Source: Polyangiaceae bacterium (GTDB lineage Bacteria; Myxococcota_A; Polyangia; Polyangiales; Polyangiaceae). Taken from it: a DNA stretch of 64,000 nucleotides. Positions 1-9,803 of the stretch are shown in pieces. The translations under genes were made by a program, and so were the position numbers. The notes beneath the pieces are model-generated. The model searched no databases, was not told the DNA's origin, and worked only from the letters and a program-made list of their open reading frames with translations. The stretch spans positions 288,001-352,000 of the forward strand of contig CBDCTZ010000012.1 of the NCBI GenBank assembly GCA_965222375.1, written 5' to 3'. Every line of letters starts with the position of its first letter. Positions within the stretch are counted from its first letter, which is position 1.

Positions 1-348
1 AGAAAAGCCTATGGTGCGGGGTACTACGCAATGTGCGGGCGAGCCTATGAGCCCGATCTGATCGTTGCCTGGCCTGGCGCCGAGATCAGTGTGATGGGGG
101 CGGAAGGCATGGTCGGTATTGCGGCAAGGAAGCTGTTCGGCGGCGCCGATCCCGAGCCGGCCGCCAAGGATGCGATCATCGCGCACATCCAGAAGCACAT
201 TGACGTCGACCGTGTTGCTGGCTGGGGATTCGTGGATGATGTGATCGACCCGCGAGACACCCGTCTGTCGCTGGCGTGGGGGCTACAGCTCTCCCGTCAC
301 AAACGCTTGGAAAGACCGGCGAAAAAACGCTCGATCCTACCCGTTTGA
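1..348 (+). CDS. Acyl-CoA carboxylase carboxyltransferase (beta) subunit, C-terminal part (5' truncated by window)
   Basis: Frame is open from base 1: RKAYGAGYYAMCG...AWPGAEISVMGAEG...GFVDDVIDPRDTR, typical PccB/MccB C-terminal motifs. Confidence 0.9.
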   Translation, partial: RKAYGAGYYAMCGRAYEPDLIVAWPGAEISVMGAEGMVGIAARKLFGGADPEPAAKDAIIAHIQKHIDVDRVAGWGFVDDVIDPRDTRLSLAWGLQLSRHKRLERPAKKRSILPV

Positions 349-443
349 CCGAAGCGGGCGCTCGGCGTAGACCGCCGCTGCTCTGCCCGATGGGGCGACG
401 GATGCTAAGCTGGTAGTGTACTTGGCGCCGCCGAGGAGGTTGT

Positions 444-1364
444 ATGCGCGCTCGACTTGCTTTCGTTTCCCTATTCAGCACGCTGGTATTCGCGTGTGGG
501 GGTACCGACGATTCCGGATTGTTCTCCGGATCCGACGCGGGGATCGGTGGAGGTACCTCAGGCGGTACTTCAGGAACCGGTGCGACGGGCGGCACGAGTG
601 GGGCCGCCACCGGCGGCGGCGGCACTGGCGGCGGCGTCACCGGTGGTTCTCCCGGCAGCGGTGGCGCCAACACGGGTGGGGCCGCCACCGGCGGTGCTCC
701 CGGCACCGGGGGAGCGACGGGTGGCGGGCCAGCGACTGGAGGCACGCCTGGCACCGGTGGCGTGGGCGCGGGTGGCGTGGGCACGGGTGGAGCGGGCACA
801 GGTGGTGTCGTCGGTATCGGTGGCGCCTCGAGCGGCGGCACGGGCGGCGTGACCACCGGCCCGAGTTGTGTTGGCAAGTGCGGTAGCACTCAGGGCCAGC
901 CCCTACCAGCAGGTGGACAGTGTTTCTGCGACGCCGTGTGCATCGGCATGGGGGACTGCTGCCCGAATTGGAGCGCGGTGTGCAACGCTTTTGTAGGCAA
1001 GGAAGTCAATTGCGGTGACAACAAGTGTAAGACCGCCAACGAGTACTGCTGTCAGCAGTATTCAAGCTCCTCGGACGCCTACACGCCCAAGTGCCAGAGC
1101 AAGAGCGACAGCTGCGCTGGTCCCCACATCTTCTGCGACGACCCGAGCGACTGTGGCGCAGGTCAAGTCTGCTGCGGCTCATTGAACGGTAGCGGCAACT
1201 TCATTGCCATTGCGACGTGCCGCGGTAGCGGCGACTGCCGCGCGGACCAGGAGCGGGTCGTCTTTTGCGGCGGCTCGCCGAGCGTGTGTCCGTCGGGAAA
1301 GAAGTGCGAATCTATGAGCTTCTTGGCGAAGTACAATCTGCCCCAATACAACGTATGCCAGTAG
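444..1364 (+). CDS. Gly/Thr-rich, Cys-rich lipoprotein with a somatomedin-B-like domain
   Basis: GAGG RBS; lipobox LVFAC; long G/T linker; 8-Cys SMB-like motif at 867-983; further Cys-rich C-terminus. Confidence 0.8.
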   Translation: MRARLAFVSLFSTLVFACGGTDDSGLFSGSDAGIGGGTSGGTSGTGATGGTSGAATGGGGTGGGVTGGSPGSGGANTGGAATGGAPGTGGATGGGPATGGTPGTGGVGAGGVGTGGAGTGGVVGIGGASSGGTGGVTTGPSCVGKCGSTQGQPLPAGGQCFCDAVCIGMGDCCPNWSAVCNAFVGKEVNCGDNKCKTANEYCCQQYSSSSDAYTPKCQSKSDSCAGPHIFCDDPSDCGAGQVCCGSLNGSGNFIAIATCRGSGDCRADQERVVFCGGSPSVCPSGKKCESMSFLAKYNLPQYNVCQ

Positions 1365-1450
1365 GCGGGGCCTGGGCGGGTGCACTTACTGCGACTTCGT
1401 GCTATCCGCCCTTCAACTTCTTTGGTGTTGCTTCCTGTGGGAGGACTAGC

Positions 1451-2068
1451 GTGTCGAGTCGACTTATCTATCGTTCACTGACGTGTTTGGCCATCTTTGG
1501 TTTGTGCCTTTCGTGCTCTAGCTCCAGTGGTGGAGGCGGCGTCCCTGCCGTCGATGGTGGAGGCGGCACCGGCGCTGGTGGCGGTGGCGGATTTGGAAAC
1601 TTCGGTAACTTCGATGGTGGAGACGCCCAGACGGATGGCAGTGGAGCCGGGGGGCCCACCTGCGTCGGTAGCTGTGGTCTCCCCAACCCGGTCCCCGGCG
1701 CGTTTTGTTTCTGCAATGACCTGTGCACGACCCAGGGCAACTGTTGCCCCGACTATGCGACGGTGTGCACCGGCTCCGGCGGGGCGGATGGTGGCGGCAG
1801 CGGTGGTTTCGGTGGCGGCACCGGCGGCTTCGGCACCGGCGGCTTCGGTACGGGCGGTTTCGGTACAGGCGGCTTCGGCACCGGGGGCTTCGGCACCGGG
1901 GGCTTCGGCGCGACTGGGGGCAGCACGAGCGCGTGTTGGAATACGACGACCTGCAACCCCGGAACGACCTGCGTTCAAAACTGCGGCGCGTGCATGATCC
2001 AATCGAAAAAGTGTTGGACCGACGGTACTTGGCTACCTCCCTCCGCCTGCGTTCCCGGCGGCTGTTAA
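1451..2068 (+). CDS. Gly-rich lipoprotein with a somatomedin-B-like domain and TGGFG repeats
   Basis: GGAGGA RBS before GTG 1451 (in frame with track ORF 1265..2068); lipobox-like CLSC; 8-Cys motif at 1661-1768. Confidence 0.75.
   Translation: MSSRLIYRSLTCLAIFGLCLSCSSSSGGGGVPAVDGGGGTGAGGGGGFGNFGNFDGGDAQTDGSGAGGPTCVGSCGLPNPVPGAFCFCNDLCTTQGNCCPDYATVCTGSGGADGGGSGGFGGGTGGFGTGGFGTGGFGTGGFGTGGFGTGGFGATGGSTSACWNTTTCNPGTTCVQNCGACMIQSKKCWTDGTWLPPSACVPGGC
1820..1909 (+). repeat. Six tandem 15-nt coding repeats (Thr-Gly-Gly-Phe-Gly)
   Basis: ACN GGS GGY TTC GGY x6, with synonymous variation. Confidence 0.9.
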
Positions 2069-2184
2069 CTGATTCCAACCACGCGCTTGGCCGCTGCCTT
2101 GCGCGTGCCGCGCCGATTCGTTAAACACGCCGGTCGATAGCGGCGGATTCCAGGCACGGGGTCCCCAAGCAAAAGGGCGGCCCC

Positions 2185-5100
2185 ATGAACGGCACTACCT
2201 GGCGACTGCTTTGCGCAGTTCTCACTCTAGGGATTTGTACCACTGGCTGCGCGGAGGAGCGCGAGCCCATCAACAAGGTGCAGGCCGACGCCTTGGCCAA
2301 ATCCTTCTTCGTCGGAGCCTTGGCAGACAAGAGCGACGACCCGGAGTTCTACTTCCGTTCCACGGTCGTCGACGTCGCTGCCGGTGCCGGTGCGGATGGG
2401 CTGTTCACGAACTCGGACGCCCAACCCGTCAGCCGGATCCGCTGGGAAATCACAGAAGATCTATTGCTGGCGCGGCTGACCTACGAACGAATCGACCACA
2501 CGGATGGCAAGGGTCTGCGTCGGACGCCCGACGGGCAGATTGTCGCCGCCTATCGCATCGAAAGTCACTTCGACATCAAAAAGGATTACAACCCCTCTAC
2601 CGGGGAGGAGCTCAACGTCATCGTCGAGAACGACGAAGACCGGCGCTGGTACGAGCGCGCGTACTTCCGGGTGGATTGGTCCCGAAACCTGATCACGGAC
2701 GCCTACGAACTCGATACCCTTTCGCAGCTCGGGATCTACTACGGCGTCAAGTGGGACCCGGTTGCGTACTACGTGAACGATCCAACCCACCCCCACGCGC
2801 CGGTGTTCGACAAGGAGCGCGGATACGTAGACGTAACCAACAAGGTGTGGGCGTCGCCGGAAGTGCTGCAAGACGAGTGGGGGGACTTCCCGGCGTGCTG
2901 GCTGTACGGCCGCTTTCCCACCGAGAACTGCAATCCCAGCGAAATCACCGTGCGCCAGGCTTTCCTGAAAGTCACGGACACGGACTACGAGCCTCTGGAA
3001 TACGACGGTACGAAGATGGACCAATTCGGTGTCTTCACCGTGGACCGCTTCGGGTACGACCGAAGCTATGGCGTGGTGGACGACAAGTGGCGCCGCTTCG
3101 CGACCCGCTGGAACCTATTCTTGCAGAGCCACACCCAGGACCTTTGCAACACCGAGCAGACGACGCCGCCGGGGGCTGATCCCCACCGGGACGACAACGG
3201 CAATGGCACCGAAGACGAGTGCGAACCCGTGGGATTCGGTTCCCGCTGCGACGCGGTTCGAGGCCAATGCACCATCCCCTATCGCGGGCGCCCGGTCCGC
3301 ACCATCGTGTGGCACACGAATCGGGAGTTTCCCGAGGAGCTCTTCGAGGGCACGAAGCAGGCCTTTGAGAGTTGGAGCAACTCGATGCGGGTTGCCATCG
3401 TGGCGGCCAGGCTCGCCGAATGCCGGCGCTCCGGCGGCGGAAACTGCGAAGCCGACATGGGTTGGCCTGCCAACTGGTCCGACAATTGGGTTCCGCCCGT
3501 AGGCAAGGCGACATCGGCAGAAGTTCCTCAGATTTTCGCCCTGTGCCACAACCCGGTCAGCGCGGACAAGGGCGACGATTTGGCGGTGTGCGGCCCCGAG
3601 GGAACCTCACCGCGAATCGGCGACCTGCGCTACAACATGGTCAACATCATCCAGGATCCTCAGCTCATGGCGCCTTGGGGCATCATGATGGACGCGGAGG
3701 ATCCCCTCACTGGTGAGAAGATCGCAGGCAGTGTGAGCCAGTGGGGTGCGGTGCTCGACCGCGCGGCGGCTAGCCTCGTTGACATACTCGGCTTGATCAA
3801 CGGCGATATCGATCCGGAGAGCTTCATCGCCGGTCAGGATGTGAGCTTCTGGGTGTCCCAGAACAAGCCAGGGGCGGTGGCGGAGCGGGGTGCTCCCATG
3901 AGCAAGGCAGAGTTGTCGCGGCGGTTGGCTGCCTTCGACCCCGACGTCCTCAACAAGCTGACCGCCGGTTTGCCACCTACCAAGAAGAACGCGCCACCCG
4001 GCGCGCGTCGCAAGGCTCGGGAGGCGGCGCTGCACAAGTTGGGACGATTGGGCCCCGGCAATGCGGCGCTCTCGAACCGCCTGTCCAAGCTCCGCGGTTC
4101 CGCGGTGGAGTCGAAGCTGGTCAGTCCCGAGCTCGCGCAAGCGGTTGGAGCCGACCCGACAGCACCTGTCTCTGCCAGCGTCGTGAAGCGCGCGTCTCCC
4201 GTCGGGCGGATGAACCCCAGTGTTCGCCGTGCTCAGCGCCACGCTCGGCGCATGGCCAATGTGCGGCGTCACGCCTGCCGCTACGAGGCGCCGGAACCCG
4301 ACTACCTGATCGGCATGGCGCGCCAAGTGGCGAAGCTTTTTCCGAGTCCGGACCCGAATGACAAAGCGGCCGTGGCCGCTCACCGCAAGGCCGTGGAGAC
4401 TTGGGCTCGTCAAGAGTTCTCACGCGGCGTCATGAGTCACGAAATCGGCCACTCGGTCGGTTTGCGCCACAACTTCGCCGCCTCTTTCGATTCCCTGAAC
4501 TACGAGCCTCAGTACTGGCAGCTGCGTACGAATCACGGTGCAGTCACGACCGCCTGCGCCGACGGTACGACGGATGGCTCGAGCTGTATCGGACCACGCT
4601 ACCGGGATCCCCTCAGCGACCAGGAGGTCAACGGCAACATCGGTCGCTACGCCACGAGTAGCGTCATGGACTACCCGGGGGACCAGAACCAGGACACGGT
4701 GTTGCCTGGCAAGTACGACCGCGCCGCGGCTCGGCTCATCTACGGTGGCGTCGTTGACGTCTGGAACCAACCTGGGGTGTCAGTCAGCGGCACGGGTGCT
4801 GGGCAAGACGAGGCCTTCGCCCTCAGCGCCTTCACGACCAGTCCGGGACTTTTTGGCGTCTATTACTTCCCAAAGGTCGATCCCAATGCCGGTTTCGAGT
4901 TCATTCACTACAGCGAATACCAAAACCGCTTCCGTCTTCTGGGTGCATGCCAAGACGACGGCGAGGCGCCCCTGGGCAAGCGCTGCGAAGAGCGCAGCAT
5001 GGATGTCGTCGACTATCGTGACATGCAAGACTTCGCATCCGACAAGGATTACGAGAAGTTCGCCTGGGCGGTGAACGCCAAAGCCGTAGACCCTGCCGGC

Positions 5101-6480
5101 CGGGTTCGGCGAGGCTACCTGTTTTCCTCGGATGAGTATGCCGACAGCGGCAACGTTCCGGCGTTCACGTCGGACGCGGGGGCGGATGCCTACGAGCAGA
5201 TCCGATTCCTGGAGGGTGCCTACGAAAACCGCTACCTGTTGGACTCGTTTCGGCGCAATCGGGTCACTTTCAACAGCTATGACGCGATGACCCGAATTCA
5301 GGCGCGCTACTTGGACAAGATCCAACTGATCGCCAAAACCTTCGCATTCGGAGCCGTCGTAGATGGTGACCCGACCGCACCGACCACCGAGTTTCTTCAG
5401 GACGGTCTGTACGGCCCTCAGGCAATTGGCGCCACCCTGGCGTTCGATATGTTCGCACGAATCATCACGCGGCCCGAGCCCGGCTACTACTGCACCGCGG
5501 ACGCTTGTGGCGTCGGGCAGCCTCCTGGCGTGGCGACGGAGCTCTTCGCCGCCGATCCGGCGCCGTTACCCGATGCGTTCTTGTACGACTTTCAGCTGCC
5601 GCTCAGTGTCGGCCGCTTCCTGCACAACGACTACGACTACTCGCAGGGCTACTGGTGGGGCGACTACCAGTCTCAGGTCGGCACCTACTACGACAAGATT
5701 TGGGCGACCTATTACCTGTCCGAGGCCTTCGACACCTTCATCGCCAGCTCCAAAGAAGACTTCGTCGACTCGCGCTACAAGAACGTCAGCTTCGCGACGG
5801 TCTTTCCAGAGCAGGTTCGCCGCCTCTACACCAGCGTGCTCACCGGGGACTTGGATGTCTACGCGCCCCACGTGACCGCGCCCTCGAGCGCGACGGATAC
5901 GCCGCTAGGGACCCTGGTCTATCCCACTTGGTCGGAGTTGGGCGGTCTGGGGACTCGACCCGCCAACGCCTTTCTGGTCGACCCAAACAACGGTTGGAAC
6001 GAACAGCTCTATGCCATGGTCTGGGGTGCAGCGTTTTTTCCCACCAATTGGTCCAGCAACTGGGCTCACGAAGCTCGCATCGCCCTGCTGCCTGCGGAAA
6101 CGCCGGACTGGCCTCCGAACGAGGTGGTCGCTTTCACCTATCCACCGTCGGGGCTGACCTATCGCGCCCGCAGCTACGGAACCGAAGCTCTATTCGGCAA
6201 GACCGTGGACAAGGGGATCGGCGCCCGCATGCTGGGCTGGGCAAACCACCTCTTGGCCAGGGCGTATCTGGTGGACAAGGACGTCAATGGGGACCCGATC
6301 ATCGGTCCTGATGGGCGCCCCGTGCTCACTCTGGACGTTAACGGGATGCCACAGAAAGACCCGCAAAATGCCGACGCCTTTGCAGCCTTGGCAAACTATG
6401 TGGACTTCATCGATCTGATGCGCCAAGTCACTGCCACCTTCGAACAACCCCTCGGATCCGGGGACCTACCGGAGCCATGA
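2185..6480 (+). CDS. Large zinc-dependent metalloprotease lipoprotein (metzincin)
   Basis: Lipobox TTGC; HEIGHSVGLRH zinc motif at 4438-4470; Met-turn SSVMDY. Confidence 0.85.
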   Translation: MNGTTWRLLCAVLTLGICTTGCAEEREPINKVQADALAKSFFVGALADKSDDPEFYFRSTVVDVAAGAGADGLFTNSDAQPVSRIRWEITEDLLLARLTYERIDHTDGKGLRRTPDGQIVAAYRIESHFDIKKDYNPSTGEELNVIVENDEDRRWYERAYFRVDWSRNLITDAYELDTLSQLGIYYGVKWDPVAYYVNDPTHPHAPVFDKERGYVDVTNKVWASPEVLQDEWGDFPACWLYGRFPTENCNPSEITVRQAFLKVTDTDYEPLEYDGTKMDQFGVFTVDRFGYDRSYGVVDDKWRRFATRWNLFLQSHTQDLCNTEQTTPPGADPHRDDNGNGTEDECEPVGFGSRCDAVRGQCTIPYRGRPVRTIVWHTNREFPEELFEGTKQAFESWSNSMRVAIVAARLAECRRSGGGNCEADMGWPANWSDNWVPPVGKATSAEVPQIFALCHNPVSADKGDDLAVCGPEGTSPRIGDLRYNMVNIIQDPQLMAPWGIMMDAEDPLTGEKIAGSVSQWGAVLDRAAASLVDILGLINGDIDPESFIAGQDVSFWVSQNKPGAVAERGAPMSKAELSRRLAAFDPDVLNKLTAGLPPTKKNAPPGARRKAREAALHKLGRLGPGNAALSNRLSKLRGSAVESKLVSPELAQAVGADPTAPVSASVVKRASPVGRMNPSVRRAQRHARRMANVRRHACRYEAPEPDYLIGMARQVAKLFPSPDPNDKAAVAAHRKAVETWARQEFSRGVMSHEIGHSVGLRHNFAASFDSLNYEPQYWQLRTNHGAVTTACADGTTDGSSCIGPRYRDPLSDQEVNGNIGRYATSSVMDYPGDQNQDTVLPGKYDRAAARLIYGGVVDVWNQPGVSVSGTGAGQDEAFALSAFTTSPGLFGVYYFPKVDPNAGFEFIHYSEYQNRFRLLGACQDDGEAPLGKRCEERSMDVVDYRDMQDFASDKDYEKFAWAVNAKAVDPAGRVRRGYLFSSDEYADSGNVPAFTSDAGADAYEQIRFLEGAYENRYLLDSFRRNRVTFNSYDAMTRIQARYLDKIQLIAKTFAFGAVVDGDPTAPTTEFLQDGLYGPQAIGATLAFDMFARIITRPEPGYYCTADACGVGQPPGVATELFAADPAPLPDAFLYDFQLPLSVGRFLHNDYDYSQGYWWGDYQSQVGTYYDKIWATYYLSEAFDTFIASSKEDFVDSRYKNVSFATVFPEQVRRLYTSVLTGDLDVYAPHVTAPSSATDTPLGTLVYPTWSELGGLGTRPANAFLVDPNNGWNEQLYAMVWGAAFFPTNWSSNWAHEARIALLPAETPDWPPNEVVAFTYPPSGLTYRARSYGTEALFGKTVDKGIGARMLGWANHLLARAYLVDKDVNGDPIIGPDGRPVLTLDVNGMPQKDPQNADAFAALANYVDFIDLMRQVTATFEQPLGSGDLPEP

Positions 6481-7799
6481 AGCACTCGATACTGCGAATC
6501 GCCGGACCCTCGTGTGCGGCACTCGGATTGGTCATTGCAGCCTGCGCCACTGGCGGCGCCGATGACCCCCCGGGCAGCGGCGGCGGCGGGACCGGAGGCG
6601 CCGACGCTGCCCTTGGCGGAAGCGCTGGCAGTGGCGGCACTTCTAGGGCGGGCGCCGGCGGGACGAGTGGCGGCGCGGGGGCCGACGCGGGCGCGGACGT
6701 GTCCCTGGATGCAGCTCCCGCGGATGCTGCGCTGGATGTGGCTGTGGACAGCGCAGCGGATTCTGCTGGGGATGCGCTGTCTGACACTCCTGGCGTCGAC
6801 GCAGCGGGGTGCTCCGGAACGCCGCCGGTGGGCGGGTGTCCCGCTGGGCAGTACTTTCACGTGTGCAAGAATAGCTGCGTCGCGTGTTCCGACTTCACGT
6901 TGGTCGGATTCCCCGGCGCTCCGAAGCTGGTTCCCACGTTGAGCGATACGACCGGGGGGACGGACCAGTTGTTCCCGCGGATCGGTCTGGTGGGTACGGA
7001 AGTGCGCTTGGTGTTTTCCCAGCGCGTACCACCCACGGCGCCTACGCAACGGGATTTCGCTATCGCCAAGGCGCAGGGCAACGATTGGGCGAGCATCAGC
7101 ACCAGTCTAGGTAACTTCGTCAACTACCCGAGCGCCGACGAAGAAGCGTCCTTCCTCATCCCCGCTGGCGCCAAGAGCCCCCTGACCGGCAGCACCAGCT
7201 CCGAGGCGTTGCTTTTGATGGACAGTGACCGCTCCGGCAGCCGGGAGCTCTATGTGAGCGGGCTATTCAAGAGTCAGGGCTCGCCGGCGAAACTCGCGGC
7301 GCCGGTCAATAGCGGCAGCCGGAACTACCACGCCAGCTACGCCCACGCCGCGACGCCAGCACGGTTGTTCTGGTCGAGCTTCCGCAACAACAAGGGTGGT
7401 TTGTACACATGGGCCTTGAGCGGGGGCTCCGCGGATGCTGTCTCCCTGACCCACGAAAGCGGCTGCCCCGTGATCGATGAGGATCTCGAGCCCGCGGTGA
7501 CCGCGGACGGACGTGTCATGGTGTTCAGCGCGCCACGACGCGCGAAGCCGGATTGCAACACTCCGCTGAACGCTGGCCGACGCAGTCTGTTCTACGTGTA
7601 CCTCAACCCGCTCACAGGCCAAGCTCTCGCGCCCGCGGTCGAGTTGGCCAACCTGCGCACGACGCTGGAGACCGTCGCCGGCTCTGCTGCCGTCGCCCTG
7701 CGTTCTCCAGCGCTCGAACCCAATGCCTGCACGCTCTATTTCGCGTCGAACGCCGCGCCCGGAGACGGAGATTTCGACATCTATCGGGTCGCGCGCTGA
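6477..7799 (+). CDS. Lipoprotein with Gly/Ala/Asp linker and TolB/PD40-like beta-propeller
   Basis: Lipobox IAAC; propeller-like motifs SDRSGSRELY, EPAVTADGR, TLYFASN..GDFDIY; ATGA overlap with the upstream gene. Confidence 0.7.
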   Translation: MKHSILRIAGPSCAALGLVIAACATGGADDPPGSGGGGTGGADAALGGSAGSGGTSRAGAGGTSGGAGADAGADVSLDAAPADAALDVAVDSAADSAGDALSDTPGVDAAGCSGTPPVGGCPAGQYFHVCKNSCVACSDFTLVGFPGAPKLVPTLSDTTGGTDQLFPRIGLVGTEVRLVFSQRVPPTAPTQRDFAIAKAQGNDWASISTSLGNFVNYPSADEEASFLIPAGAKSPLTGSTSSEALLLMDSDRSGSRELYVSGLFKSQGSPAKLAAPVNSGSRNYHASYAHAATPARLFWSSFRNNKGGLYTWALSGGSADAVSLTHESGCPVIDEDLEPAVTADGRVMVFSAPRRAKPDCNTPLNAGRRSLFYVYLNPLTGQALAPAVELANLRTTLETVAGSAAVALRSPALEPNACTLYFASNAAPGDGDFDIYRVAR

Positions 7800-9016
7800 T
7801 GCAGGCGCGGCTCAACCCAGAGATCCGCGACTGGGTTTGCTCGAAGACGGGTGATTCACAACAACTCGGAGTGCCGACGGCGGCAGTCGGGCTGTGCTCA
7901 TGCTGTCCGGCGCCGGGCTTCCCGATTCTCGTCAAGTATGCCCCGAACCGTGAGCTCTCGACTGACGGCCGTCGGGGCCTCGGACGTTTCGAATCGCGCC
8001 TACCCGTGCAGGGTTTGAGCCCGCGTTACGCAGACGACGTCGGTGACACGGCGGTGCTCGAGGACGAACGCCTCTCCGCCGAATCAGGCGCGCGCGTCTT
8101 CCTCAAGGGTGAGGGACAAAACCCCAGCGGTAGTTTCAAGGATCGCGGGCTCGCGGTCGGAGTCGCCCTGGCGCATGTCTTGGGAGCGACTCGCGTAGCG
8201 CTACCCACCCAGGGCAACGCCGGTATCGCAGCGGCGCTCTATTCAGCGCGGCTGGGAATGCAAGGAGCGCTTCTCTACATGCCCGAGGGTTACCAGGAGA
8301 ACTACTATCATCGGGCTGCACGTCACTTCGGTGCGGAGGTGCGGTTCTTCGGCCCCAACATCGCGGCGGCCGGGAAGCAGATGCGTCAGGATCTCGTCGA
8401 AGACCTTGCTCAAAAGAGCGTCGTCAACCTTTCGACCTTCTTCGAACCGGGCCGCTTGGAGGGCAAGAAGACCCTAGGGCTCGAAATCGCGCAGAGCTTC
8501 GCGCCGGATCTTCCCGACGCCATCATCTACCCCACTGGAGGAGGCACGGGGCTCGTGGGGATTTGGAAAGCGCTTCAGGAGCTCCAGCAGGATGGACTCG
8601 TGAGTGCCGATTTGCCGAAAATGTTCGCGGTGCAATCCGACAACTGTTGCCCGCTGGTGCGATCCTGGGAGGCGGGCTTGGATGCGGTGAAACCCTTGGA
8701 ATCTCGAGGCACCGTGGCAGATGGGCTCGACGTTCCGGCCGCGATCATGGGTCATAGGATGATCCAGCTCCTTCGGGGCTCCGGCGGTGGGGCCGTCGCG
8801 GTTTCTGATCGGGAGATCATCGAAGTGCATGATCGTCTGGGACGCCTGGGTGTATGCGCCAGCTACGAGGCGGCTGCGACGGCTGCTGCGTTGCGAGTGT
8901 TGCGCGCGACGGACGCGATTCCCGCCGGAGCCCGAGTCCTGCTGCTCGCCACGGCCAGTCAGCACGTTTCTCTAGGCGGCGCCGCATCCTCGAGCGCATC
9001 CAGTTCCAGCAACTGA
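7799..9016 (+). CDS. thrC: Threonine synthase-like PLP-dependent enzyme (fold type II)
   Basis: NPSGSFKDRG PLP lysine motif, TQGNAG, EGKKTLGLE, PTGGGTG; ATG 7799 overlaps the upstream stop (TGATG). Confidence 0.75.
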   Translation: MQARLNPEIRDWVCSKTGDSQQLGVPTAAVGLCSCCPAPGFPILVKYAPNRELSTDGRRGLGRFESRLPVQGLSPRYADDVGDTAVLEDERLSAESGARVFLKGEGQNPSGSFKDRGLAVGVALAHVLGATRVALPTQGNAGIAAALYSARLGMQGALLYMPEGYQENYYHRAARHFGAEVRFFGPNIAAAGKQMRQDLVEDLAQKSVVNLSTFFEPGRLEGKKTLGLEIAQSFAPDLPDAIIYPTGGGTGLVGIWKALQELQQDGLVSADLPKMFAVQSDNCCPLVRSWEAGLDAVKPLESRGTVADGLDVPAAIMGHRMIQLLRGSGGGAVAVSDREIIEVHDRLGRLGVCASYEAAATAAALRVLRATDAIPAGARVLLLATASQHVSLGGAASSSASSSSN

Positions 9017-9669
9017 GGGCCAAAGCCCATCTCGCAAAGCGGGTCGGCTAGGTCCTGAGGCAGAGGTGCGAGCAGCTGAAGGCGGTCGCCGCTGACCGGG
9101 TGATTCAGACTCAAGCTCAGAGCGTGCAGCGCCAACCGGGCCAAGCCGAATCGGTCGCGCAGTAGGCGATTGTGTTCGCTCTTGCCGTACTTCGCGTCGC
9201 CAATCAGCGGCAGACTGAGGTGCTTCATGTGGCGGCGGACTTGATGCAGCCGGCCGGTGCGCGGACGGGCTCGTACCAGGGAATAGCGTTCGAAATCCCC
9301 CAAGCTCCAGTACTCGGTCAGCGCCGGGACCCGCGGTCCGCCCGCCCGTCTCGGGATGGGGTGGTCGACGATTCCGTGTGCTGGAGCAGGACCGCGAACC
9401 AGCGCCAAATAGCTTCGCTCAACATCTCCCGCATCCCGACCAGCTTGAATTTGATTGGCGGCTTCGGGATTCAAAGCGAAGAGCAGTACCCCGCTGGTTC
9501 CCCGGTCCAGCCGATGCACCGCGTGCACTCGTCGTTCCAGCTGCTTCGCCAGGAGATGCGCGATGGTCTCACGCTCCCGCGCCCAGCCGCGATGCACGGC
9601 CAGGCCCGAGGGCTTTAGTACGGCACAAAGGGAAGCGTCCAGGTGCAGAATGCGGAGCCGCTCAGGCAC
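8959..9669 (-). CDS. truC: RluA-family pseudouridine synthase, TruC-like
   Basis: KPSGL, VHRLDRGTSG (catalytic Asp), TGRLHQVRRH, IGDAKYG, LHA; start GTG 9669 or TTG 9684. Confidence 0.75.
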   Translation of the reverse strand: MPERLRILHLDASLCAVLKPSGLAVHRGWARERETIAHLLAKQLERRVHAVHRLDRGTSGVLLFALNPEAANQIQAGRDAGDVERSYLALVRGPAPAHGIVDHPIPRRAGGPRVPALTEYWSLGDFERYSLVRARPRTGRLHQVRRHMKHLSLPLIGDAKYGKSEHNRLLRDRFGLARLALHALSLSLNHPVSGDRLQLLAPLPQDLADPLCEMGFGPQLLELDALEDAAPPRETC

Positions 9670-9785
9670 TAGCAGGTGGGACAACCGCAGGTCATGCCGC
9701 CGCCGGACACGTCATTGCACAAGTAGTACGGCGTGCAAGCGGCGGCCGAGACACGAACTGCCAAGAAAGAAACCAAGCGGCGCAT
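9669..9785 (-). CDS. Putative 38-aa Cys-rich small peptide
   Basis: Translated by hand: MRRLVSFLAVRVSAAACTPYYLCNDVSGGGMTCGCPTC*; its TAG overlaps the next GTG (TAGTG). Confidence 0.35.
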   Translation of the reverse strand: MRRLVSFLAVRVSAAACTPYYLCNDVSGGGMTCGCPTC

Positions 9786-9803
9786 GAGATTTCCTATGAG
9801 AAC

